From the NCBI GenBank assembly GCA_044229975.1, contig JBGARZ010000026.1, forward strand, positions 32,001 through 96,000: 64,000 nt of DNA, read 5' to 3'. This DNA comes from Polyangiales bacterium. GTDB taxonomy: Bacteria; Myxococcota_A; Polyangia; Polyangiales; Ga0077539. The position numbers were made by a program, and so were the translations under genes. The notes under the pieces were generated by a model. The model did no database searches, was not told where the DNA came from, and worked only from the letters and a program-made list of their open reading frames with translations. Positions 56,701 to 64,000 of this stretch are shown here, in pieces; position 1 is the first letter of the stretch; every line of letters begins with the position of its first letter.

Positions 56701-57477
56701 GCGTGGGAGCTGGGCGAGCTGGAGGTGCGCTGGCACCTGCCCGCCCGCGCCTACCGCGGCGAGCTCCAGCTCCTGGCCGACCGCGCCGCGCAGGCCGCGC
56801 GCGAGGCGGCGGCGCGGGGCGATCGGTACAACCTCACCAACGTTCGGACGACGGTGCTGCCGCTCGTGCACCTCTCCCACGATCAGCCCGCCGAGGCGCG
56901 GCGCATGGTGACCGAGACCATCGCGACATGGTCGACGAGCGGGTTTCACCTCCAGCACGCCAACGCCGCGCTCGCGCTCGCGCAGGTCGCGATCTACGAA
57001 GGCGACGCGGCGCGGGCCACCTCCGAGCTGACCGCGTTGCGACGCTCCCTCGATGCTGCGCTCTTCATGGGGATGCTCGTGGTGCGCGCGCCCTGGCACC
57101 ACCTCCGCGGGGTGGCCGCCGTGGCCGCGAGCGCGGGCGTGACGGGGCCGGCGCGGCGGGCGTTGCTGCGTGAAGCGGTGCGGTCGGCGCGAGCGCTGCG
57201 CGCCGAGGGCCGCGAGTGGACCGAGGGGCTGGCGCTCTGCGTGGCGGGCGGGGTGCACCTCGCGCGGGGCGAGACGGCGCGCGCGATCGCGGCGTGGCAG
57301 CGGGCGGCCGAGACGCTCACGGGGACGGAGATGGCCCTGCACGCGCTGGCGGCGCGGCGAGCGGGCGCGCGGGCCGCGGGTGATGTGTCGGCGGTGGCCG
57401 ACATCGAGCAGGCGATGGCAGCGTGCGGGGTGGCGGCGCCCGCGCGGTGGGGCGCGCTCGTGGTGCCGGAGTTGTGA
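53737..57477 (+). CDS. Ser/Thr kinase fused to STAND-type AAA ATPase and helical repeats
   Basis: GSGGFGAVF, HRDLKPSN, DFG, GTPTYMSPE; FVGR, GRSGMGKS, IVVDDLQW, GGNPLFV. Confidence 0.9.
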   Translation: MSEPLLSSRFTVLRKLGSGGFGAVFEVQDRAREQRVALKKLVRVDPAAIYRFKQEFRALAEVRHPNLVRLHELFCDDGEWYLTMDLVNGVDLHAWLRGPSSTPPPRLPTMHPANAATMPIDEHTTSPLNHLPAGPMTLVPKPPWRFDEARVRAVFPQIALGVQALHEARWLHRDLKPSNAMVTADGTAVLLDFGLVASTLSDAPPSLDHEVIGTPTYMSPEQACDGPITAASDWYAVGVMLYEALTGSAPFTGSMFQVLHHKCTREVDDPRPLHPGLPDDLVELCLAMLSLHPERRPSGPEVLRRLLPERPTEDVTPSGVRELPFVGRSRHLDVLRARLAEAESGRPAFVEISGRSGMGKSALARRFLSELVNRPGAVVLRGRCHAHEAVPYKAFDGVVDGLTRRLLALGDERASVIPDDALSTLARLFPSLSRLPRESSLNEAPPARDAAELRRLAFAALQRALTRLAARGTVAIVVDDLQWGDADSAALLIELLAPPHAPPVLFVACHRSEEAAHSPMLRLLRDARARGALAEPTVVEVGPLDDDDAFDLARALLPEAPEAAARAVVREAGGNPLFVQELARSMAGGRTSDGALTLAGVLATRVGRLPPDARTLLGVVALAGHPLDERLARDAADLNALAFDRALRALLATQLLRPGGAGARSTLEATHDAIRDAALVGLSPETLAALHRSLARVLEVDPHTEPDALALHLRALGEHAEAQRLDELAGDRAVDALAFDRAAALFRRALTPDAPPHAGALRVKLGDALAHAGLGAEAARAYLLAAADMSPSAALELERRAAEQLLRSGHVDEGVEVIRSVLLALGMVFPESSEAARASLDARRASLDEQGHTFDERAAVARDPQALARLDVCWSVGNGLGGVSPIVGADFHARHVELALQAGDVARVARALSWGAMLAAMEGGTGALRADALAEQAESMAERAEHSHALGWSVAAAAVTAFCEGQWRRAAQLCEYGAALFRERCVDIAWELGELEVRWHLPARAYRGELQLLADRAAQAAREAAARGDRYNLTNVRTTVLPLVHLSHDQPAEARRMVTETIATWSTSGFHLQHANAALALAQVAIYEGDAARATSELTALRRSLDAALFMGMLVVRAPWHHLRGVAAVAASAGVTGPARRALLREAVRSARALRAEGREWTEGLALCVAGGVHLARGETARAIAAWQRAAETLTGTEMALHALAARRAGARAAGDVSAVADIEQAMAACGVAAPARWGALVVPEL

Positions 57478-57510
57478 TACGCACGGCGCGAGGCAGGTGA
57501 GAGCGACACG

Positions 57511-57879
57511 ATGGATGATTTGAAGACGGCCGATCTGGCCATCGCAGTGAAGGAGCTCAGCGAGCCGCCGACGCTGGTGCTCTCGTGGAGCGGCCGCAGC
57601 GCCGACCGCTACCCCAACCGGGTGCTGGGGCCGTTTTTCGCGGAGGCGCTCGACCGGGCGACGGCGATGGGCGCGGCGATGGAGATGCACTTCCACGCGC
57701 TGGAGCACTTCAACTCGTCGACCATCACCGCCGTCATCGAGCTCATCCAGGAGGCGCGCGCGCGCAACGTGCGGCTGGTGATCGCGTACGACGGCGCCGT
57801 GAAGTGGCAGCGGCTGAGCTTCGATGCGATGCGGGTGTTCAACCGCGGCGACGCGCTGCTGGAGCTGCGACCGTCATGA
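57511..57879 (+). CDS. SiaC/STAS-like phospho-switch protein (copy 2)
   Basis: LSWSGRS, FHALEHFNSSTI, WQRLSFDAMRVF; clear paralog of 49557-49949. Confidence 0.7.
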   Translation: MDDLKTADLAIAVKELSEPPTLVLSWSGRSADRYPNRVLGPFFAEALDRATAMGAAMEMHFHALEHFNSSTITAVIELIQEARARNVRLVIAYDGAVKWQRLSFDAMRVFNRGDALLELRPS

Positions 57880-58388
57880 GCGCCAACGACTTCCGCTTCT
57901 TCATCGACGTCCCGGTGAGCACACAGTGGGGCAACATCGAGCTGCTGCGATCGTCGGTGCAAAACTGCCTGGCGGCGGTGTTCTCCGACGTGGCCGGGCG
58001 CGACGCGATCGCGATGGTGACGGGAGAGTTGCTGGAAAACGCCGTGAAGTACGGCTGCTGGACGCACGGCGACGGGGTGTTCCGGTTGCAGGTGTGGGGC
58101 GACGAAGAGGCGGGGCACATCCAGGTGGAAAACCCGGTGGACGCTGACGACTCCGGCCCCAAGCGCGTGCAGGAGCTCATCGCGTGGATGCAGACCTTCG
58201 ATACGCCCGAGGAGGCCTATCACGCGCGGCTGCTCCAGGTGGCCGCGGCGCCGCGCGGGTCGGCAGGGGGCCTCGGCCTCGCGCGCGTCGTCTACGAAGG
58301 CGGCTGCCGGCTGAGGGCAGAGATCGTGGGGGACAAGTTTCGCGTGGTGGCCGACATGCCGATGAAGCAGCCCGACGAGACGGCGTAG
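57876..58388 (+). CDS. SiaB/RsbW-like GHKL switch kinase (copy 2)
   Basis: ELLENAVKY, GLGLARVVYEG; ATGA overlap; paralog of 49051-49560. Confidence 0.75.
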   Translation: MSANDFRFFIDVPVSTQWGNIELLRSSVQNCLAAVFSDVAGRDAIAMVTGELLENAVKYGCWTHGDGVFRLQVWGDEEAGHIQVENPVDADDSGPKRVQELIAWMQTFDTPEEAYHARLLQVAAAPRGSAGGLGLARVVYEGGCRLRAEIVGDKFRVVADMPMKQPDETA

Positions 58389-58415
58389 GCGCTCGGTGGG
58401 TCGCCCGATGCGTCC

Positions 58416-60410
58416 CTACCAGATGTTGGTCACGCTGACGCCGAAGCGAGCCCGTGAGCCCGCGCTGAAGGCGCGCGTGGGCGACGACGGAAGCGCGCCG
58501 CTCGCCGGGTCGTAGCCGTACACGCGACCATCGGTGGTCGAGTCGCGTGGAGCGCCGACGAACAACCCCCGCGTGCTCGGGTCGAGGTTGGCGATGGCAG
58601 CACCGAAGCCGGTGTCGGCGCCGGGTCCGTCGAGGTCGGTGCGTCGGAGCGCGGCGCTCAGTGTTCGTGCGCCGTGGAGCACCGTCACCCGCCCGGTGAC
58701 GCTGAGCGAGGGGGCGCTCGCGCCGATGTCCCCGATGGCGTCGCCGTCGATGTCGCCGAGGCCGGTGAGGGCGGCGCCGAAGTGTCCCGCGGGTATCGAC
58801 GGGGCCGTCAGCGTGGCGGCGGCGTTGGTGTTGACGCCGAGGCCGTTGCCGACATGGATCAGCACCCTGCCGCGGGTGGTGCCGTCGCCGGGGGCGCCGA
58901 TGGCGAGGTCCGAGAAGCCGTCGTCGTTGATGTCGCCGACGTGGACCACGACCGAACCGAAGAAGCTCGTCGGGTCGCCGTCGAGGTTCAGTCGATTGTA
59001 GGCGGCGGGGAAGATGCCCATGTCCGTCCCGCGAAACACGTAGACGCCGCCGCGGTCGGACGGAACGCCCCGCGCCCCGACCACCACGTCGCTGTGCGTC
59101 TCGGCGTCGAAGTCCGCCTGCCCCGCGACCGACCAGCCGAAGTTGGCGCCGACCTCATTGGCGCCCGTGAGCGTCACCCAGACCGACGGGTCGAGGCCGC
59201 TGCGACGCCCGCGGTAGACGAACGCGCGACCGCGACCGCCGACGGCCTGGGGCTGCCCCACGATGACGTCCGCGTAGCCGTCCACGTTGGTGTCGCCGGC
59301 GCCATCGAGGGAGAAGCCGAAGGAGAGTCCCTCCGTGGCGACGAGGCCCGCGCCGCGGCGCAGCGCGAGCCCGGCGGCTCCATGGAAGATCTCGACGGTG
59401 CCTTGCGAGGTGGACTCGTCGTAGGCCGAGACCCCGAGGTCGGTGTAGCCGTCGCCGTCGACGTCGCCGACGCACGCGACCACGGCGCCGAAGCCCGGCG
59501 CGCCATCGGCGGAGGTGAGCACCAGATCGGGCGCGGGGAGCGTCGTGCCGAAGGGGCCGCGCCAGACGTACACACGACCGGCGCCGCTGTTCGCGCCGGG
59601 ACCGCCAACCGCGACGTCCGCGTTGCCATCTCCGTCGAGGTCGAGGACGGAGCCGAAGGCGTTTTCGCGCGGCGGTCGGAGCGGTGAGACCCAGAACTCC
59701 CAGGTGTCGCTCCAGAGGTCCGTGTGCGCGCCCGAGAAGAGGAGACCGCGCATGCGCCAGAAGTGGGCGCCGACGGCGAGGTCGGCGGTGACGGTTCCGA
59801 CGTAGCCGCGCTGGTCGAAGGCGGCCTCGGGCATGGTGCACGCGCGGTCGCGGCAGACCTGCACCGACGCGCCGACGAGCGGGCCCGCGAGGTCCCACCG
59901 CAGCGTCGGACGGGCGACGGTCACCATCGACCCGACGGGCGGACCAATGGGCCGCGGCGCGAAGACACCGCTGTCCGCTGGGGGAACATCGATCGGCACA
60001 TCGACGGAAACGTCGACGGGAGCGACCGCATCCATGACGACAACAACGTCGGGTGGAGGAACATCCACCGCCTGAACGTCGGGCACGTCCGCGGGCGGCA
60101 CGTCAGCAACGTCCATGGTCTGAACGTCGGGTACATCCGCCGTCGGAACATCGACCCCGGCATCGATCGCCGGTCGGTCGTCCGCGGGTGCATCGACGCG
60201 GTCGTCGATCGCGACGTCGGTGGCCATCACGTCGAGGGCCGTGTCCCCGCCGACATCGCGCCCGACGTCTGCCGCGCCGAGGTCGACCGCCTCGTCGGCG
60301 TCGGGCACGTCGATGGAGTGGGTGCGAAACCCCGGGCAGCCCGCGACCGTCGCGACCAGGAGCGCGAGGTGGAGGCAGCGAAGCGCAGACAGACCAGGCA
60401 GGCTCGGCAT
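58416..60410 (-). CDS. FG-GAP (integrin-alpha-like propeller) lipoprotein with acidic Asp/Val/Pro linker
   Basis: Lipobox VAG|C; repeated GDxxGDGxxD...VGAP units with FG motifs; start 60410 inferred. Confidence 0.85.
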   Translation of the reverse strand: MPSLPGLSALRCLHLALLVATVAGCPGFRTHSIDVPDADEAVDLGAADVGRDVGGDTALDVMATDVAIDDRVDAPADDRPAIDAGVDVPTADVPDVQTMDVADVPPADVPDVQAVDVPPPDVVVVMDAVAPVDVSVDVPIDVPPADSGVFAPRPIGPPVGSMVTVARPTLRWDLAGPLVGASVQVCRDRACTMPEAAFDQRGYVGTVTADLAVGAHFWRMRGLLFSGAHTDLWSDTWEFWVSPLRPPRENAFGSVLDLDGDGNADVAVGGPGANSGAGRVYVWRGPFGTTLPAPDLVLTSADGAPGFGAVVACVGDVDGDGYTDLGVSAYDESTSQGTVEIFHGAAGLALRRGAGLVATEGLSFGFSLDGAGDTNVDGYADVIVGQPQAVGGRGRAFVYRGRRSGLDPSVWVTLTGANEVGANFGWSVAGQADFDAETHSDVVVGARGVPSDRGGVYVFRGTDMGIFPAAYNRLNLDGDPTSFFGSVVVHVGDINDDGFSDLAIGAPGDGTTRGRVLIHVGNGLGVNTNAAATLTAPSIPAGHFGAALTGLGDIDGDAIGDIGASAPSLSVTGRVTVLHGARTLSAALRRTDLDGPGADTGFGAAIANLDPSTRGLFVGAPRDSTTDGRVYGYDPASGALPSSPTRAFSAGSRARFGVSVTNIW

Positions 60411-60421
60411 CGCGTCGTCGC

Positions 60422-61447
60422 TCAGAACCGCAGGGTACAGCCGACGCCACCAGGCGCGGGCACGCATGTCACCGCGGACGTTCGCTCACCTGGCGCGGCG
60501 CTGCCCGCTCGCACCCAGGCGTAGACCGCGCCCGCCGCGAAGACCCCCGCCGCAACGCCAGTGACGATGGCCGCCGTGCTCGTCGCTCCGACGTCGCTGT
60601 GGGCCGAGACGCAGTCCGCGCCGCCGATGGGGAGCCCGCTCGCCGCGTCGACGAAGCATCGGTCGTCGCCCTGAAACGCGTCGTAGCGCGACTGCCGGAC
60701 GATGAGCGAGACCACCGCTCCGACGGCGAGCGCGGAGGCCGTGATCGTGGTGGCCCAGGCGACCGGACGCCACGCCGTCGATGGCCGCGGCGAGGGCGCG
60801 GCCCTGGGCGGAAGCACCATCACGGGCGCGGGCGGCGACACCACCGGCACGGGCACCGCAACCACCACCGGCGGCGTGACGGGCGTCGCCGGTGCCTCGG
60901 GCTGCATCGGCATCTCTTCGCGCGCCACCTGCCCCGCGACGATGGTGACGTCGCGACGAACGACGTAGTAGCCCGCGAGGCGCAGCTCGACCCGCAGCGC
61001 ACCAACCGGCGCCCAGACGGAGGCCGTCATCGGGAGCGTCCCGACGGCCGTGCCGTCGATGAGCACCTGCGCCCCTGGAACACCTCCGCTGATCTGGAGC
61101 TGACCAAGGTGCTCGCGGATGCGCGCGAGGTCGGCGTCGAGGCGGGCGCGGCGCGACTCGACCCAGTCGTCGTCGTGTCCGGTGAGCGCCTCGCGGAGGT
61201 CGCGCTCGGCATCGACCCAACGACCCTGCGCCTGCTCGGCCCACGCGAGCTGCACCCGAACCCGCGGCTGCGGGCACCGCTGCGCCAGGTCACGAAACAA
61301 GGTCAGCGCGTCCGCGTCGCGGCCCTCGCGGCGTAGCGCCACGCCGTCGCGAACGCCGCTCGCGCAGCGGTCGGCCGTCTGCGCGAGCGCCGCCGAGGGG
61401 AGCGCCGCCATCCAGCACGCGAGGATGACCGAAGACCGCACGCTCAC
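60422..61447 (-). CDS. Secreted TPR/PEGA-domain protein
   Basis: Signal peptide, helical region, PEGA (GVPGAQVLIDG...RVELRLAGY), hydrophobic hairpin, terminal LRF; GTGA overlap with the kinase. Confidence 0.8.
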   Translation of the reverse strand: MSVRSSVILACWMAALPSAALAQTADRCASGVRDGVALRREGRDADALTLFRDLAQRCPQPRVRVQLAWAEQAQGRWVDAERDLREALTGHDDDWVESRRARLDADLARIREHLGQLQISGGVPGAQVLIDGTAVGTLPMTASVWAPVGALRVELRLAGYYVVRRDVTIVAGQVAREEMPMQPEAPATPVTPPVVVAVPVPVVSPPAPVMVLPPRAAPSPRPSTAWRPVAWATTITASALAVGAVVSLIVRQSRYDAFQGDDRCFVDAASGLPIGGADCVSAHSDVGATSTAAIVTGVAAGVFAAGAVYAWVRAGSAAPGERTSAVTCVPAPGGVGCTLRF

Positions 61448-62829
61448 TCCTCGATGGGCGCGCCGTTGGCGCCGAGCTGCCGACGCGCCGTCCGCACGGT
61501 CGATCGCGGACGCGGCGCCGAACGGATCGGCGCCACCACGACGGGCGGCGCGACGACGGGCGCCGGGTCGGGCGACGCGACGACAGGGACCGGTGCGGGT
61601 GACGGATCGGGAGCGCGGGCGATCACGGGCGCGGGCTCTACCACGACCGGCGCCAGCGGCCGACGAGAGACGGGCGTCGCGGGCACTCGCGGGGTCGCCA
61701 CCCACCACAGCACGGCCGCGGCGCCGGTCGCGAGCAGCAGACCGCCGACGAGGGCGGCGCGCCGGCGCGAGGGAGGCATCGGGCGCACGACGGCCTGGAG
61801 CGAATCGGGGTCGGGCGTGGGGGGCGACACCACGACATCGACGGGCGGAGGGGGCGCTACGGGCGGAGGCTCTTCGACGGCGGGCGGATCGGCGTGGAAG
61901 ATGGGGCCCCACGACGCGCGAGACGGCGGTGACGCGAAGGGGAGCAGGGCGCGCGCGAGGTCGTCGACGGAGGCGTAGCGGGCGCTGATGTCGACGCTCG
62001 CGGCGCGCATCACGACGGCCTCGAAGCCCTCCGGGATCTCGGGGCGAACCGCGCGCGGCGTGACCATCGTGCCCGACACGATGTTGCGCAGCACGACGTA
62101 GAGGGACTTGCCGTCGAAGGCCCGGCGGCCGGTGACGCACTCCGAGAGGATCACCCCGAGGGTGTACTGATCGCTCGGGGCCTGGGCGCTGCGCGGGTCC
62201 TGCGCCTGCTCGGGGGACATGTACCAGGGCGTTCCGATGAGGGCGCCGGTGGCGGTGAGGCCGTCGACGTCGAGGCTGTCGACCTTGGACACGCCGAAGT
62301 CGAGCACCTTCACCTGCTCGCGCCCGAGGCCGTCGCGCGACAGGAAGATGTTGGCGGGCTTCAGGTCGCGATGAACGATGCCCTCCGCATGCGTCGCGGT
62401 CACCGCCGCGCAGACCGGCAGCATCACCTCCACGGTGCGCGTGACGGAGAGCGCGCCGTCTCGCGCGATGACCTCCGCCAGCGTCTCGCCCTCCAGAAAC
62501 TCCATCACGAGGTACGGGACCCCGTTGAGGATGCCGTGGTCGGAGACGTCCACCACGTGCGGGTGGCGCAGCCGCGAGGTGGCCCTCCCCTCGGTCACGA
62601 AGCGCGCCCTCGCCCGCGGGTCGTCGGCGATGCGACGGTGCAGCGCCTTCAGCGCCACGCGCTTGCCGAGCTCGCGGTGCTTCGCCTCGTACACGGCGCC
62701 CATGCCGCCTCGCCCGATGCACCGCACGATGGCGTACGCGCCAAACGCCGACCCCGGCGGGAGCGTCGGGTCGCGCTCGCTGCCCTCCGACTCGTCCGAG
62801 GGCGTTGGCTCTGTCTGCTGCGCACCCAC
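61444..62829 (-). CDS. Membrane Ser/Thr protein kinase
   Basis: GRGGMGAVY, VALK, HRDLKPAN, DFG, GTPWYMSPE, TM, Pro-rich tail ending GANGAPIEE; start inferred. Confidence 0.9.
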   Translation of the reverse strand: MGAQQTEPTPSDESEGSERDPTLPPGSAFGAYAIVRCIGRGGMGAVYEAKHRELGKRVALKALHRRIADDPRARARFVTEGRATSRLRHPHVVDVSDHGILNGVPYLVMEFLEGETLAEVIARDGALSVTRTVEVMLPVCAAVTATHAEGIVHRDLKPANIFLSRDGLGREQVKVLDFGVSKVDSLDVDGLTATGALIGTPWYMSPEQAQDPRSAQAPSDQYTLGVILSECVTGRRAFDGKSLYVVLRNIVSGTMVTPRAVRPEIPEGFEAVVMRAASVDISARYASVDDLARALLPFASPPSRASWGPIFHADPPAVEEPPPVAPPPPVDVVVSPPTPDPDSLQAVVRPMPPSRRRAALVGGLLLATGAAAVLWWVATPRVPATPVSRRPLAPVVVEPAPVIARAPDPSPAPVPVVASPDPAPVVAPPVVVAPIRSAPRPRSTVRTARRQLGANGAPIEE

Positions 62830-62922
62830 TCGTCGACGGCCTCGTGGCGCCGGAGCATACCCGATTGGCACCGCGCGGGAATCTTGCGAGTCGCCCGTCC
62901 GCGGTCGCATGGTGCGCGCCGC

Positions 62923-63609
62923 ATGGCCCTCCGACTGGTGCGATCTGGCGACGGCGACGACACCACCTCCACGGGCGGCGACGATGCCGCGACGTATCCC
63001 TTCGGGGAGACGCCGTTGGTGGTGACCTTCGCGGCGAGCGACGACCTCCGCGGGCTGCGCGCCGACCAGCGCCTCTCGCTCGCGGCGACGCCCGAGATCT
63101 CCCCCGACGACGCCTACCTCGTGCTGCCCAACCGGGCGCGCGACCAGCTCGTGACGGCCTTTGCGCGCGGCGAGTCGGGCCGCGTGGCGCAGTGGTTCTC
63201 CGAGGCGTGGGTGGTGCGCGCGGAGGTCGACGGAGGCCGGGCCCCGCGGCTCTTCATCGGCGCCCTGTGGCGCGCCACCGACCTGATCGCGGGCCGCTCG
63301 GGTCGGGTGGTCTCCATGGGCGGCGTCGGCGACGCGATGCGGATCATCAACCGCCTCCCCTTCATCGAGTCGCTGGCCCGCGGCGGGCTGCTCGATGCGC
63401 GCGGGGCGCAGATGATCCTGTCGCGCGGCAGCTATGTGGGCGTGTCGCGCCTGGGCATGCCCGAGCTCGGCCTCGGCCCCGACACGGTCGAGCCCACCTT
63501 CGTGTGGACCGAGCGCGAGGGTCACGGCACCCGCGTCCGGGTCGCGCTCTCCGCCGCCGAAGACGACGCCCCCGTCGCGCTGCTCTCGCCGCTCACCCTC
63601 GTCGCCTGA
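62923..63609 (+). CDS. Hypothetical protein
   Basis: Normal-composition ORF (MALRLVRSG...) divergent from the kinase; no motif recognised. Confidence 0.55.
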   Translation: MALRLVRSGDGDDTTSTGGDDAATYPFGETPLVVTFAASDDLRGLRADQRLSLAATPEISPDDAYLVLPNRARDQLVTAFARGESGRVAQWFSEAWVVRAEVDGGRAPRLFIGALWRATDLIAGRSGRVVSMGGVGDAMRIINRLPFIESLARGGLLDARGAQMILSRGSYVGVSRLGMPELGLGPDTVEPTFVWTEREGHGTRVRVALSAAEDDAPVALLSPLTLVA

Positions 63610-63726
63610 GCGCCGCCGTTCTGCGGGGGAATATCGCCCCTCGGCTGCGGTTGAGTGCCGACCGTGGACGCTGCGCGCGAAGCCCCGTAAGGTGCGCCGT
63701 CCAATCCAGCGCGAGGATGCCGAGAC

Positions 63727-64000
63727 GTGACGACGAAGACCCGCAGCGGCACCGAGCCTGAGGGCGCGAAGCCGAGCCCGACGAAGCGGAAGATGCCCGG
63801 CGCGAAGCCACGCCCCACGAAGGCGCGCGCCGCGAAGGCCCCCACCCCGCGCGAGGAGTCCGAGGAGGAGGAGCCGAAGTCGGCGCGCTCGTCCGACGAT
63901 GAGCTGGAGACCAACGACGACGGCGACGACGCGGTGGTCGGCGAGATCGCGGGCGACCTCGGGGGCGACGACGACGGCGGAGCGGATGTTCGCATCGCGG
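63727..64000 (+). CDS. Partial CDS running off the window, basic then acidic low-complexity N-terminus
   Basis: GTG at 63727 opens VTTKTRSG...KRKMPGAKPR...EESEEEE...DDGDD with no stop; identity cannot be determined. Confidence 0.5.
   Translation, partial: MTTKTRSGTEPEGAKPSPTKRKMPGAKPRPTKARAAKAPTPREESEEEEPKSARSSDDELETNDDGDDAVVGEIAGDLGGDDDGGADVRIA

Noticed and set aside
60000..60310. Repeats resembling a CRISPR or ncRNA array
   Set aside because: Degenerate in-frame coding repeats (DVP/DVQ linker) with no constant repeat-spacer structure and no cas genes.
62865..62890. TGGCAC...TTGC sigma54-like element
   Set aside because: Spacing between the two halves is far too long.
63727..64000. Assigning the terminal partial ORF to a sigma factor or Rho
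   Set aside because: Only a low-complexity charged N-terminus is visible.

Overview
Very GC-rich (by eye above 70%) bacterial chromosomal DNA. Gene content points to a myxobacterium, probably Polyangia-like: three Hanks Ser/Thr kinases, an FHA-sigma54 activator, MYXO-CTERM-like tails, PEGA and FG-GAP proteins. In order: mdh-sucC-sucD; membrane kinase, PDZ protein, PfkB kinase; a Cys-rich lipoprotein and a 1402-aa lipoprotein with BPI/LBP-like motifs and an internal MYXO-CTERM followed by a second lipobox; tRNA-Leu(UAA); two ACPs divergent from a KS / CLF-like / alpha-oxoamine synthase / pseudo-EBP operon; a tolQR-A-B locus split by an ECF sigma gene with a consensus sigma54 promoter; udk, ferredoxin, HAD, TPR, ccmB; a secreted FAM20-like kinase; a gspC-N type II secretion operon with a candidate sigma54 promoter and paired palindromes; MFS; cytochrome P460-like lipoprotein; a mirror-symmetric signalling island (FIST, PP2C, SiaC-like, SiaB-like | FHA-EBP, kinase-AAA-TPR, SiaC-like, SiaB-like); and a kinase-PEGA-FG-GAP operon. 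No CRISPR, rRNA, transposase or prophage was seen. All calls come from motif recognition by eye with no searches run, and many starts were trimmed from the ORF track.
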